DNA of 64,000 nucleotides, taken from NCBI GenBank assembly GCA_030390025.1, contig CM059431.1:123816001-123880000 (forward strand), given 5' to 3'. This document shows, piece after piece, positions 34,549-49,092 of this stretch (positions within the stretch are counted from its first letter, which is position 1; the number at the start of each line of letters is the position of its first letter). The DNA comes from Squalus acanthias. Lineage: Eukaryota. Below the pieces are notes generated by a model. It searched no databases, was not told the DNA's origin, and worked only from the letters and a program-made list of their open reading frames with translations. The position numbers and the translations under genes were made by a program.

Positions 34549-35198
34549 GGCCCGTATTTTCCGATTGGAGGCTTCCTGCGTGCGGAGGCCTCCCATCTGG
34601 AAAAAATCTATGGACTTACCTGAGGGCTCCCGAGGTCCGAGCACTTCCGCTCCTGGGCCTCTCCAACTCAAACTGTGCAGGGCCCACGTATCCCAGGGGC
34701 GCATGCGGTTCGCAAGCGTACCTGGGATCATGTGGGCCATGGGGAGCCAATAGGAGAAGGGAATCTCCCTTCATACACTTGACAGATAGACCTGTCAAAT
34801 ATATGAATGGAGATCACCCCAAAACACTGTTAAACATTAAATATTTTTTTTTTAAACCACATTTTTAAAATGAGTTGAAATGACAATAAATTAAATACTT
34901 TAAACAAAAATTTAATTTTTGTAAAAAATAATTAAAGTTTTTTACGGGGCTAAAAATTAACTTACCTTTTTAAAAGTATTTGTAAATGATAAATGAGTGA
35001 AAAATTATTATTTGTTTTACTTTTTTCAACTCTTATGCTGGTAAAAGCAGGCCTTATGCCTGCTTTTACCAGGCGTAAGATTTCTAAGGGTTTTCAGCGG
35101 GCGGAGGTTCTGCAGAAAGCGGAACTCTCCACCCGCAGAGGCCCTTCTCCAGGGCAGGCGTCTGATCTGTCAAGAGTAGGGATTGGAATATACGGCCC
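34549..35198. mobile_element. Harbinger-type MITE, an inverted relative of 33005-33751
   Basis: TIR GG(C/G)CCGTAT(T/A)TTCC, flanks ATT/AAT, and internal reverse-complement similarity. Confidence 0.75.
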
Positions 35199-36812
35199 AA
35201 TATATTTTAAGAGGAGTTAAGATTGTACAGATGCAGATGATCCATTCCCTCACTAGGAGCTGGGCCAATACAAACATCTGAACCCACTATTAATTGGCTC
35301 AATTAATGTTTTTAGCCCACTAGCAGAAATCTTCTGTTATTGCACACATTGGAAAATATAACTTGCTTCTGATAGTTTACAGTTACACTTTCAAAATGGC
35401 TTCTTTGGAGCTTATAATGATGAAGGATGTTATTGAACATATGTATCTTTATCCTGTCATTAAAATTGCTCCTTCTGTGGTCAGTTCTACAAAAAAAATC
35501 AAAAAGTGATGTGTTCACGGCACTATTTTATGGCTTCTTGCATGAACAGAGATATATTTATCATTGGTAATAAATGCCCATGGGTGATAATAAGAGAACC
35601 TCTTCTGGTGGGTCTGTATTTTAAAGCATGCTGCGAGATAACAAAATGTAGGATTCAACCTGATTGCTTACCAGTGACTTACCAGTAACAGCTGATGCTA
35701 CAGTTAGCAGCTAGGGTAGTCTTTCTGATGTGAAAAGTATCTACTCCCATCACGAAGAAAATGCAGGCTATATGTTGACAGAATCAGTTTGGTACACAAA
35801 TCAGTTAGTCGTTTCACTTATTGAAATGTTTGCTGCTGACAACTGCACAATCAAATCTAGGTATATGCAGTTGGACTTTCATATGTCATACATCAAGCAT
35901 TTTTTGAATGTTCCATATTGGCAATTGAAGAACTGACTTTCTGGTATTGCATAGCTGGGCTAGAATCATGATTGCCTGTCATTGTGAATGAGTCAGTGTT
36001 GCGCTAAAAGTAACAACACAGTCAAATATCCACTTACCTACCTTTATGTTACTTTCCAGTATTTAGGATTCGCATGATTTATAACAAGTTGGTACGTAAT
36101 AAGAGGCAAATATCTTGCACCTTGCAGAAGGCAGGGGCTATCTGTGAGCACTGACCAGTCAGTTTCCAAATCAAAGCATTTGGACCTAAATTTGTTACAT
36201 GGTCTAAACCGTTATGAAAAAAGTGCAGTGAAGAAATCTGTTTTCATAAATACCCTTTGGATGATAGTATTTTCGTCCAAAGAACAACACTCTTAATTAG
36301 TACGGTATATATGTGGCAACATTTTTCTGGAGGTACATTGCCAATCAGAGCCGGATTATGAATTCTTGGGGCCCTGGGTAACAAGAATGTTGAAGGCTCC
36401 TCTACACCCCCTTGGACTAGGCTCACCACATCCATTAAAAAACAGACGTGTAGTAAAATGCATGAAGAAATAGGCCAGTAGAGTATTTGCACTAATAATA
36501 AACCAAGTCATATCACAATATACCATGCTTAAATGAAATATCTGCACGGGGCCCCAGGAGGGGGTCCCATATTTGTCGGGGGCCCTAGGCACAGGCCCTG
36601 TAAGCCTTTGCGTTACTCCGCCCCTTCAGCCAGTCAACTCAAATTACCCCCTCTACCCTCTATTAACACACAAAAATGTGGGGCAGAACTTTCAACTTCA
36701 GCTGGAGGGGAAGGGGGATTGGCATAAAACGGGCAGCGAATCCAATATCACTCGTTTTACACTCCCCACTGCATTTGAAGTTTCCGTGAACTTTGACAAG
36801 TAATGACATATC

Positions 36813-37558
36813 GGCCTAGAAATTAAAGACGGAGCCTTCCTGCGGGGGTAAGGCTTCCCCGCGATATCTCACTGCGCGCCTGCCTATTCCTTCCGAGCTC
36901 ACACGAACTTTAGTTTCAAGGCTGCAGCTGTGCAGTGTGTGCGTATCCCACAGATGCAGTTAATTTGTGCGAGCTGTGGGATCACGTGATTCAGTTAGAG
37001 CCAATGGCAGCACACCATCTTTCATTCATAGTTTTGACAGCACGGCTGTGAAAGCTATGAATACTATACCCCCCCAAAAGAACAGCTAAACCTCAATTAA
37101 ATTTTTTTTTAAAAACCATCACATTAATAAAATAAGTATAGTTTATTAAATTAACCACTTTAAACAAACAATTAAATTTTTGAAAAAAGTTAAAATCTTT
37201 TTAAAAGTTATAAAAATAAACTTACCTTTCTTTAAAGTCTCTAAAAAAGATATACCTGTTGAAAAAAAAATTAAAATAATACTTAATTAACTACTTACCT
37301 TGTTAAAAGAGGGTCTTACGCCTCCTTTCTTTATGTGCAAAATGTTCCATGCTTACCTGCGCATTCAAAGCACTAAGTGCACTGCGTGCGCGCAGCCTGT
37401 AGCGCGCACGCGGTTCACTTAGGAACCGCCCCCTTTTGAGTTCACCAAGTGCCGGTTTTCAGCGCATGCGCAGTGCATGCAGAAAACCGGCAATTGGAGA
37501 CAGAATACGCGAGAGTACACAGTGCGTACTCTCGCGTACTGTGACTAATTTTTGGGCC
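36813..37558. mobile_element. Harbinger-type MITE
   Basis: TIR GGCCTAGAAATTA / GGCCCAAAAATTA and subterminal palindromes; no clean TSD. Confidence 0.7.
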
Positions 37559-38739
37559 GATAATTTCTCATACCCCCTCAACTATCGACTCAAAATAGAT
37601 TCATGAATTTTATCCCAAGTCTATAACTTGACTACAATCAGAAGAAGTGCTGCTGGGTGTGCCAAATATGATGCTGCTGACCAAATCATAATGGGGCACT
37701 TGAGCTATAAAAAGCCAAGATTGTGAATCAACTACCCATAATTTCAAATAAATGAAGCATCACTGTGTGGGTATTTGTTTCACACAACAGACCCAGAGCG
37801 ATGACAATCAACCTCTCTTCATTTGGCAGCATGACCATGTTTGACATATGGATTTTTCTTGGTGGACTTTTGATTGAAAGGAATAATATTCAGTAGCTGA
37901 AGCTGAGGATTTTCTGGATCACGTACTGGCTTTGTTGTTTACTGTGCACATTTGTTAAGAGGAGAATTGGTGCATGGCCAGTTGTGGGGTGTGGTATTGT
38001 GAATGAATAGATGGAGGAGACTGTAGATAAGGTGCATCAAGGGTATTGAGGGCTCACTATGGTGCCTACTAACAACAATAGGTAAAATGTTTCTGCACAA
38101 GCCACGACTACCTAGAACTCACCAAGGAGCAGCGTCTAATGAGTTATAGTCTGAGCAAAGAAGCTAACACTGAGTTGTGTTGCTTGATGAACGAAGATCT
38201 ACAGCTGAGGTCAGCAAGAGCTGGTGGAAATCAAGGAGAGCATTGCACTGAATTTCAATTCAGCAGAGACTTGGCAGGCATCTGCAAACAATAATTTTGA
38301 CGCAGGCTGCAATATATTATTTTCAGAAAGGAGAAAGGTTGACATTAAGGGACTGAGTAGGGCCTTTCTGGGTGATTGGGAGCTTCATACACTTTTGATT
38401 GAGCTAATCAAAATGAAAAGCACAGCAACATTAACAAAGATCTGCAGATGCCAGCTCATTCATTACCCTTTTTGCAGCTTAATAAGTGACTCAATCAGTA
38501 CTGTGCTCTGAGTGGGCAAGAAAATCTGGGCAAAAATATTAACATTTATTTAACCACTTTTTTGTCTAAAGAGTAATTCACTGCCTTTGTTTTTCAGAGA
38601 AAGCACTTTCTGCATTGGGATTGATTCTGCCTCCTGGAGCTTCCAGCTTTAACATTCATGAATCGAAAAATCACGAGCTGTGCGTCAGTGAGTTCTGATA
38701 TGTGCTCCCTGTGTAGGGCCACTGCTGCTCCCATTGGAA

Positions 38740-40075
38740 TTAAGAACATAGGAACAGGAGTAGACCATTCAGCCGCTTGAGCCTGTTTCACCATTCAACT
38801 AGATCATGGCTGATTTGTACCTCAATTCCTTGTACCTGCCGTGGCTCCATCTCCCTTAATAACCTTGCCTAACAAAAATCTATCAATCTCAGTTTGGAAA
38901 TTTTCAATTGCCCTCAGCCTCAACAGCTCTTTGAGCCGAGAGTTCCAGATTTCTACTACCCTTTGTGTGAAGATGTACTTCCTGACTTCACTCCTGAACG
39001 GCCTAGCGCTAATTTTAAGGTTATGCCTTCTTGTTCTGGACTCTCCCACCAGAGGAAATAGTTTCTTTCTATCTACCCTATCAATTCCTTTAATCATCTT
39101 AAACACCTCAATTTAATCACCCCGTATTCCTCTATACTCAAGGGAATACAAGCCTACTCTATGCAACCTGTCCTCAAAATCTAACCCTTTCAGCCCCGGT
39201 ATTATTCTGGTGAATCTGCGTTGCACCTTCTCCAAGGCCAATATATGCTTCCTGAGGTGTGGTGCCCAGAACTGAACACAATACTCTAAATGGGGTCTAA
39301 CCAGAGCTTTATAAAACTGTAACATAACTTCCACCCTCTGTATTCCAGCCTTCTTGTGATAAAGGCCAACATTCCATTAGGCTTTTTCATTATTTTTCTG
39401 TACCTGTCCACTAGTTTTTAGTGATTTCTGGTCTTGGACCCCTAAATCTCTCTGCTCCTCCATAGTTCCTAGCTTCTCAGCATTTAGAAAATACTCTGAT
39501 CTATTTTCTTAGGTCCAAAATAGATGACCTCACACTTACCCACATTGAACTCCATCTGCCACTGTTTTGCACACTCACATAATCTATCAATGTCACTTTG
39601 CAATTTTCTTCTGCCACCTACATTATTTACTGTGCCACCTAACTTAGTGTCATCAGCAAACTTGGATATACAGCTCTCTATTCATTGATATAAATCATTT
39701 ATAAATATAGTGAAAAGCTCAGGCCCCAATACAGATTCCTGGGGAACACCACTGGTCACATCCTGCCAATTTGAGTTCATACCCATTATCCCTACTCTCT
39801 GTCTCATACCTCCTAACCAATTCCCTACCCATGTCAAAAGGTTGCCTCCAATTCCATGCGCTCTCATTTTTGTTAAAAGTCTCATATGTGGAATCTTATT
39901 GAATATTTTCTGGAAGTCCGTATAAATAACATCCATATATACTCCCTTATTTACCATATTAGTTACATCTTTAAAAAATTCAACTATGTTTGTTGGACAT
40001 GACCGACCCTTTACAAATCCATGCCGGCTCTCTCTGATCATTTCATATTTGTCCAAGTGCTCAGTCATATGCTCA
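38740..40075 (-). mobile_element. CR1 LINE 3' portion (degenerate RT)
   Basis: HGFVKGRSC, VTSGVPQESVLGP and [14 protein letters not shown] peptides plus tail. Confidence 0.9.
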
Positions 40076-40437
40076 TGCCGGTTAGTGGAATCACCCCTAG
40101 TGGTCCAACATCTTACAACTTGAAAACCCCCCATCAAAATAACAACTCTAGGAACTGGAAATGACTATGGTAAGGAAGCCCAAAATTAAATGCAACTTCT
40201 TGGAGAAGAGAAAGAAAGCAATCTGTCATTTGGACAGTTCTGATCTCCTGTCAGGACATGAGCATGATAAATTCTTTCAGAATATATAGTTATGCTCATC
40301 ATTCCCAAATTATTTCCAGTCACGTTTGGAGAGAATGACTACTTGCATTTTATTTTATTTCCTAAATATTGTCAGTCATGGCCACCTCTTATCAGGTATT
40401 ATTATATGTAGAAACCCTGCGAGGAAAAGGAATCAAT

Positions 40438-41173
40438 GGGCTGGATTTTGATGGGGAAGGCGGGTTGGGGGCGGAGGGGCTGCGATGAAGGTGGGAATCC
40501 CGGGAGAACGGGTTTCCCACAGGCACTGCCGACTTTAACTGGACGCACAGAGGAGGGAGGGAAGGATTGGGTGGGGGCTGGTGTCGGCCTCCGGAGGATT
40601 GGGGGGGGGGGGGGCAGAGAAGGAAGATCGGGGCTGTCAAGGGACCTGCGGGGGGGAGAAGGAAGATCGGAGTCATTGAGGGATCGGGGAGGGAGGGAGG
40701 GAAGAGAAGATCAGGGCCGGCCACTCGAGGATTGTGGCTGGCATCAGGATGATCGGGGGGGGGGGTGGGGGTTCGGGAAAGTGATCAGAGGCCTCATGAG
40801 GGGGTCTCCAGTCGCGGGGGGGCTGGGTTAGGCAGGGACCCTGGATCCAGGAGTCAGGTGTAAAGACTCTTACCTCCTGGATGCAGCAGCTCTCGCCTTG
40901 CTGTACCTGCTAAGTTTTACCAGGTGTGTAAAACCCGAACAGCTGCAGTTAAAAACAAAATGGAAGTTAAAGAAAAGTTTTCCAGCCTCATTAAAATATT
41001 CAAATTGACTCCCCGTCCCCGTCCCGCCCCGCCCAAGCCCCGCCCTCGCCCCACCTCTGTTAAAACCAGAAGTGGGCGGTTTGGAGTTGGGTTCAGGTCG
41101 GGATTCCGCTTTTTAACAATGTAACTACCCCCATGCTCCAAACCCACCTGGCTTTTTGGTTAAAATTCCCCCC
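40438..41173. mobile_element. Harbinger-type MITE with G-rich interior
   Basis: TSD AAT; TIR GGGCTGGATTTT / GGGGGGAATTTT. Confidence 0.7.
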
Positions 41174-41437
41174 AATGGCATTAAATACATGGAAGCTTTA
41201 CCATTGAGGGCTGTATTTAGAAATGAATCACCAGTACAGAAATGTTGTTCTTTTAGTTGTGCTAATCCCACCAAGTCATGCACACCATGGACCATCATTT
41301 TTCTATGATACATGTTTCAAACAAAAGCAAAGTAATAAATATTGAATTAGTACATGGGATTTCCATTTGTCAGCAACACAACGCTTGTGCCTGGATATTG
41401 CAATGACTTATATTGTGTAACATAGATAAACACAAAA

Positions 41438-41978
41438 GGGGTGATTTTAACTCCTTCTTTTGGGTGTAAAGGGGGCAGTAGTGGAGTTAAAATTGCAGCA
41501 GTGGATTTACTATCCCGTTCCCGCTCACTTGCCACCTGCTGACATATTGCCTCCAGAATTTTTAATGGGTGGCCGATGCAGTTGCCTGAATCAGGCACTA
41601 GGCTCATGATTCCATGCAATTCGGTGTCCTCTGATGTACAAAGGACCCCGGTGCAATTTTAACAGCCTACTGGGCAGCTATCGGCGCTCCACTCAGTAAA
41701 ATCTGGCGGGAAAGTGGAAGCAGCCTAAAAATAAAAGTTACGTGCTCCTCTGGGCTCCGCGAGAATAATGTGGACTCCTGCCGACCCCGACTCCCCCCTT
41801 CCATGATCATAAACCCCTGGACCTACCCTTCTGTCGGTCTGCAGGCTGTCCAGTATTGTGCCAGCTCAGAGTCAGTGGGCTGCAGCGGGATGCCTCCTAG
41901 GGGCGTGCAGCTCGCCAGATGTATGTTAATCAGACTCAACCCTCTGCCAACCAGCTGCCACAAAGTTAAAATTCTCCC
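41438..41978. mobile_element. Probable Harbinger-type MITE
   Basis: GGG..ATTTTAAC inverted ends with AAA flanks. Confidence 0.5.
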
Positions 41979-42208
41979 AAATGCTCTGAAGTACGTCTTG
42001 TAAACTTTAGTATCAAGGCAGAATCATTCCTGTTATAACAGTGCTTATAATAGAAAGGAGAATAACTTATAAGAGGCAGAAAAAAGTGAAAGTACACCCT
42101 CATTATGACATTGGTTGTAAATTTACAAGACCTTAATGTTGGACGGAGAAGTGGTAGCATTATGCCACATGTAACGTTATACAAATGTGCTTAACTTCTG
42201 ATGACTAT

Positions 42209-42335
42209 GGCCGGGAAATTCCTCGGAGCTACTCCGCTCGGCAAGTGTAACTTTGCCAGAAGTGCGGTACTTCCGCTACACTTCTGGCACAGCGATGCCA
42301 GCGGAGCAGGAACTACTCCGAGGAATTTCCTGGCC
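42209..42335. mobile_element. 127-bp MITE
   Basis: 20-bp TIR (19/20) GGCCRGGAAATTCCTCGGAG and TSD TAT. Confidence 0.85.
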
Positions 42336-43539
42336 TATTTTACAACAATGGTGAAATTCAAAAGACAACTGATACATTGCTTATGTGTAAATCTAGAAAC
42401 CTTGCAAAAGCTGACCAACAGTTTCAAAAAGCTGGGACAGCCCGTGAAAAGGCTAACAGCTCATAAACAGTCCTAAGTGCAAGCTTTATGACATGTGAAA
42501 ACAAGAAGTTACAATGAACGTGCAGTGAAACATGGCTGGGTCATAACTTAAGCTGCAAGTATACCCAACATTCAATCACTTTTACTGAATGGATAAAAAT
42601 AATGTACCAAAGCACAGTTAACAGCAATAACGGATTTAGAATTACTGAAGGGGCATTTGAATGCTGAACACATGAGGGGAGTCATTTTAATATTCGGCGA
42701 TATCTGAATTTCCTCCCTAAACCTCTCCATTTCTCTACCTCTTTTTCCTCCTTTAAGGTGCTCCTTAAAACCTACCTCTTTGACCAAGGACTTGCCTTAA
42801 TATCCCCTTAAGTGACTCGGTGTCAAATTTTGTTTGCTAGCACTCCTGTGAAACGCCTTGGGAGGTTTTACTATGTTAAAGGCGCTATATAAATGTAAGT
42901 TTTTGTTGATATAGAATTGACCGGCCATTGTGCACCTCTCCTGATGCTCCTTTCTATTGATGACAATGAAAGGGAAAGTCGAGCATGATGTTTAACGGGT
43001 GGGCAATCCAATATCGGCCGTTTTAAACCTTCGCTGAACGTTAGTTACCCCCAAGGTTTATTTTCTAGAGGAATCTGATGCAACCCTTTCCCCCCCTCCC
43101 CCCACCTAAAAAAAGGTTTTCATTTATCGCACTTTATTTTGTGCATTTTCTGGAATTTTAGAACCTACTATACTTCGGCCTTTCAAAGCAAAATTAATTT
43201 CTCCTGAAAGGGTTACAGATATCTTAAATCTGAAAACAAAACTAGTTATAGGGACTTCAGTACAACTTTACAGAGTTTGGTTAAAATCAACAGCCTAACA
43301 CCCTCTGTTAAAAGAGCAAATAAAGCATCATCTGCTCGTACTTTTAATAGTCATTTCTAACTTACATTGCTTTTTTGAAATGGTCAAAAAGGTTTATTTT
43401 CTTGTGCTGAAAATAAAAATCATAACATACTGCAATCATTAAAAAATAAGATACAGAAGAAAGCAAAAGTACACCCTCATTATAACATTGGTTGTAAATT
43501 TACTGCGGCAATAAGCAGGAAGCTGAATTTTATGCTCTC

Positions 43540-43808
43540 AGTTAGGACTGAGATGAGGAGAAATTTCTTCACTCAGGGGGTGGTGAATCTTTGGAATTCT
43601 CTACCCCAGAGGGTTGTAGAGGCTCAGTCGTTGAGTATATTCAAGACAGAGATCGATAGATTTTGGAATATTAAGGGAATCAAGGGATATGGGGATAGTG
43701 CAGGAAAGTAGAGATGAGGTAGAAGATCAGCCATGATCTTATTGAATGGCGGAGAAGGCTCGAAGGTCCAAATGGCCTACTCCTGCTCCTAATTCTTATG
43801 TTCTTATG
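43540..43808 (+). mobile_element. CR1 LINE 3' end
   Basis: Reverse complement of 60005-60270; TTCTTATG tail. Confidence 0.85.
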
Positions 43809-46499
43809 TAGAACTGACTGACTGTCTTTAGTCTGGGCTTTGCAATCTATTATACTCTTTACTGATTATGAATGTCACTCCTCACATTTCCCCATGGATG
43901 TTGCCTGCCTTAATATAGACAGTGTGGACTCTTTACTTGGTTATGCCAAAGGGACCTCAATCATTCTTGTAAACAAAGTGAAAGCAGCTTTCTGAATTGC
44001 AGAACATAACTGGGCACCATTACCTGAACAAATAAGCTAATAGTCTCTATCACACAACACAGTCGGACAATTCAGTAAAATGCTAAATACGGGAATCTCA
44101 GTGTAATTTGTTTAAATTAAGTAGAACTCATCACCACTCCAAACCCAAATCTTGCCGATTCTGCAAGTGCAGTGGTCAAATAAAGCCAATCAAAGCGTTC
44201 ACAACAGGCAACAGCTTTTTTTTAAATATCGAAAACGGTAGCTGAAATTAGTCTTAAGCAAATAAACCTCTGCATAAACCTGGGCATGCCCCATAAAGTT
44301 CTTTGAAGAAAATGAAAGGATTTGAAAGACTGCATTTTGGACAAACATAGAAACATAGAAAAATAGGAGCAGGAGTAGGCCATTCGGCCCTTCGAGCCTG
44401 CTCCGCCATTCAATATGATCATTGCTGATCCTCTATCTCAATACCATATTCCCGCTCTCTCCCCATACCCCTTGATGCCTTTTGTGTCTAGACACAGTAA
44501 ATAAAATGCACCTGGACTCTCCGAAACCGTAGCACCGATTTGAATTCACCCGGCGAGAGTGGGGCGCATTAGGGTTGGACATCCGGTTTACACCCCGCTT
44601 GATTAAAATCAATGGAGTATAAAATTGGGCTGGGTTTATATCGAGTGTCTGTCCTGAAAGCACCTCATTCTTGCTAGGTGCGTTAGGTTAAAATCGATCT
44701 ATCTTAAAACTTCTGCCTCAAATTTGTGTGCGACCAACATTGGGAGAAGAAATGCTCTCACTGCCTTATATTTCATCCCTCCTACTGATCTGTTTGGTTC
44801 ATAGTGACATCCTTCAAACCCAGTGAAAAAAGATGATTTTTTTTTATTTGTGAAAGGCTTGACAACTTAACGGATGGATTGAAATGTTGATGGTCAGCTT
44901 AAAAAGCATAAAGCTTGCACTAATTATTAGATGTTCACTGTAGTTAGAAGAATATTCACTTGACCAAACTAATGGGGCCTCTGTTTAACATTTTATCCGA
45001 AAAACATGTTATGGATTCGGGGCTCAAGACTGCCTATCACTCAAGCATGTCAAAGCTATGACAAATATCTTCATTTAGTCTGCAGGTGCAGTCTCAGGTG
45101 AAGGGATGTTGAAGATGGAATGCACGGCCCTGAATTACACTGTGGGATACTAACAGATGAACAAGCTATTACTGAGCTGTTACTCCATTTATTCAAAATA
45201 GATCAGCACCTCCACTAAAATAGCGAGAGAGGAATTTCAGACAAATTATTTAAGCATTCCACACTGTAATTTCTTCTTGCAATAGAAGCAGTGAAGCTTA
45301 TTTTATAATGGAGCTGCGTTCTTTTTTTCCACCAGAGTGAGCAACAATATCAAGCCTATATAAAAGTTTCTGCTAGATATTAACAAACAAAACTCTTTTT
45401 TAACACAGATCAATGATTACAGGATAATTAAGAAACTCTCCAGTAATTATGTTTTTGGATTCTTTTACTTCTTTACATGCAGTACCAGAAGCCAAGTCAG
45501 GTTTTACAGATGCAGAACAGGTAGTTTCAAATGCTTTATATGAAAAACACATTCAATCCAAAAAAAAATAATGGCTGGCTGAAACAAATGTCTGTTTCTT
45601 TCCATAATCGCAGATCCGTGTGTAAAACTGTACCCTCTTCATTAGAAGCCTTCAGATCTAAGGATAACCTCCTGTTTTCTTTTCTGTTCCAGTCACTAAA
45701 AACAGAGGCGGAATTTAAACAGTACTGCCCTCATAATTCTTAGCATGTTTAAAACTAGTCTGTGAAAGAGTTGGATTGATACAGGACTAAAAATAGACCT
45801 CGGAGTCTCAAAATAAGGGGGTAGAGTTTCCGTTTTAAGCGCAATCAGCGATTCCGGCGCAAATTGTGCCCAAAATTGCACCCGTTGTGCAGTGGTAAGC
45901 TGACCCTGAACCCGCCCCGATCGCTCAGCAGGTTTATCCGGTGAGTGGCTGAACCATACAGTCCAGGTTTGATTCCCGTCTATGGTGAGTTAGCGGATTG
46001 CAGCTGGGGTGGCAGTAGGGGTCCTAAATTTGGTGCTAAAGAGAGGAAAGACTGTCAGCGTTCCTGCACTTGACTGCCCTCCAAAGATTCCTGTTGGAAA
46101 TGCCTGTTTAGGGACATTGGAGGAAAGCAGTGAAATGGATTGATCATTCCCTTCAGATTGAACCAAAGAAAACCTCTGAGTAGCCATGGATTTCCCATGG
46201 TATTCCAGTGTGTGTGTCTGCGTGTATGTGTGACAGGGAGAGGGAAACAAGAGAGAAAATGTAACAGTTTCAACCTATTGGATGATTACTATGGGTAGGG
46301 GTAATTTTACATAGAACAAGATGACCTAGAAATTCAATCACGCTGCGCCCATTTTACGGCATAAAGGTGCAATATAGTGGCACGCACTCATTCCACACCG
46401 AAAGTTTGTCACCCGCCATATTGGATACTGCTGTTCCTACTGGAAGCATTTAAAAGCTTTGTTGTAATATTTAAGTCAGGCTCCTACGCATATGGTAAG

Positions 46500-47100
46500 A
46501 CTCTTTTGTGAGACTGGTCACCTGTGCTTCACGAATGAGGCTGTCACTGAGCTACGTCACCTGCTGGAGCCACAACTCAAGCCTCAAACTAAGCATGGAC
46601 AGCACTGCCTGTGGCTGTCAAGGTCAGCGTGGCTCTTCACTTTTACATTGCGGGCTTGTTCCAGGTATGGCAGGTGACATTAGAGACATCTCCCAGTTTG
46701 TTGTGCACTGCTGTATCAGGGAGGTCGCCAAGGCTCTCTATACCAGAGGAACACCTACATCACTTTCCCAATGGACAGAGCAAAGTAGAACGAGAGAGCA
46801 TTAGGCTTCGCCCACATTGCAGGCTTCCTCAGGGTCCAAGGTGCCATAGACAGCACCCACATTGCCTTACATGCTCTCCATCACCAGCCTGGTATCTTTC
46901 TCAATAGAAAGGGATTCCACTCCCTGAATGCCCAGTTTGCTTGCAACCACAGGCAGCTCACTGTGCTGGTCTGTGCACTGATTTCTGGCAGCAGTCATAA
47001 TTCATTCATCCTGTACCAGTCCTCTGGGCTGCCTTTATTCCATGAGGTAACAGACTGGCTACTGGGGCTCTCCCCTCCAGAAGCGGCTCACGATTCCTGT
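46500..47100 (+). pseudogene. Harbinger transposase fossil
   Basis: VQGAIDSTHIAL...FLNRKGFHSLNAQ...GSSHNSFIL across frames. Confidence 0.75.
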
Positions 47101-48746
47101 CACAGATGTAGCAACTCAGTTGTATCAAATACCTGCAAAGAATATGGACTGCAGCAGTGCAAGAAGAAGGCCCACCACCACCTTCTCAGGGCAACTAGAG
47201 ATGTGCGATAAATACCGGCATTGCTCATGACGCCCACATCCTGAGAATGAATTTAAAAAAAACTAATGATTTGATATAATCTGCTGATATTTTACCGTTG
47301 CTTTGAGTATGAGGTTAGAGAATATAAAGCATTGTTGTGGAGCTGGGTGAAAGATCTCACAACATAATTCATCAAATGAGACCTTTGTCCCTTTGTAGGT
47401 TATTTTTAAAAGAAGCGTTTCTTAATGATGTATAATGTAATACCCAATAGTAGTACTTTGGCAGCTTTTTAATGCCATACCTGCTCCTAAGAAGCCCTCA
47501 CTGTTGCTGGGAGAGGGTCAAAATCTCCTGATGGTGATCGACTCCCACAGGCAGTCAGAAGCAAGTTCAAGATTGTCTATGCTCAATGCAAAAAGAAAAT
47601 CGCTCCAAACAGTCATTCCCAGCTGCTGTAATCACTGCTCAGACTTTCAGCTAGTTTTCAAGCTCATAAAATCTTCACTTCCACTAGTCTCACTTGAGCC
47701 TGGCAGCAACTGTGCCTTATACTTCTCATTCTACATCCTCTCTAGCGCTCTGGCGCGAGCCTAAAACAGGAAATTCAGTTGTGTAATGCCGCTAGCCTTC
47801 ATTTAAATATATTTAAATTAGCTGCATGGGGACTTGTAGGACGGATTACAGGAAGGCCCAAATCATGTTAGGAAATTCAGGGGGATTCATTTTGAGGCAG
47901 AAAGCTTCCACCTCAATTTCCTGGCAGAAAAATAACTTGCCCTGATTTAGTGCTGGAGAGCCGCCAAAATCAATATGCAATTTTGTCGGCTTCTGTTTTT
48001 GCTTTAAGATTTAGGTACTGGATTTATCCTATGCCTCTATAAGATCTCACTCCATGTTTACAAAAAGAACAAATTAATAAAATTTCAAGCCAAATTATTT
48101 TACGAAAGATGGACAAGAACAGAAGTCACAGTCATATATTACAGTTGTATATTTACAGTAGACATCCTTCCACTAACTCCTCAACTGGACAAGATAATAG
48201 AAAAATCATAACTATAACAACATTTTAAATAATGCAGTAATCTTTGTCTTGAATTTCTTACCACTCTGGGAGTTTAATTAATTTACAACATTTCTCTGAG
48301 GAGTTTTCTGGACTCCTCCAAGATTTTCAAATTAATTCTTTAATTTGAACAAAACCAGCTCCTATTTATATTCTGTAAAAGTGTTATCAGGACTTCTTGG
48401 ATTTCCAATATCCCACCAATCAAATTGAAAAAGGAACTGTCAGTCATACACAAATTGAACCAGTCATGCAGCACTGGTTAAGTTTCAATTGTCCCTCTCT
48501 CCAACCTGAAACTGACTAAACCTGCAATATTGTATTAAAATAAGATTGGGACAAGAATTGGGACCGCAGTTGTTTTTTTAAACCAAAAAATGCTTATGTT
48601 CTGTGGCTGTATTAAAATGACTTGGAAAGGAACAATTTGCATGGCTTTTCGGCAGGAACAGGGGAGTGGGACTAATTGGATAGCTCTTTCAAAGAGCTGT
48701 CAGAGGCTTGATGGGCTGAATGGCCTCCTGTGCTGTAAGATATTTT

Positions 48747-49058
48747 GGGCTGGATTTTCATTGACCCGTGGAGGTGGGTTTGGAGGCGTGCGGGAGGTTA
48801 AAATTGCGAAAACTGGCGGGCGGGCACAAGCCCGCCTCCATCCCGTCTCCACACAATTTTCATTAAATCGTGTCTGCTGGTCCCGACTTCGTCCCACCTC
48901 TAAGAGGCGGGATAGGCTGTTAAGGCCCTTAACAAGCATTAAATTGCCTCTGTAATGCCATTTTGAAAGGCCTTTGTGATTTTAACCCTTTTTGTACATG
49001 AAGAACGCCTGTTCTGAACCACGAATGTGAAACCTGGTGGGAGCACATATGGATAGCT

Positions 49059-49092
<34 letters not shown>

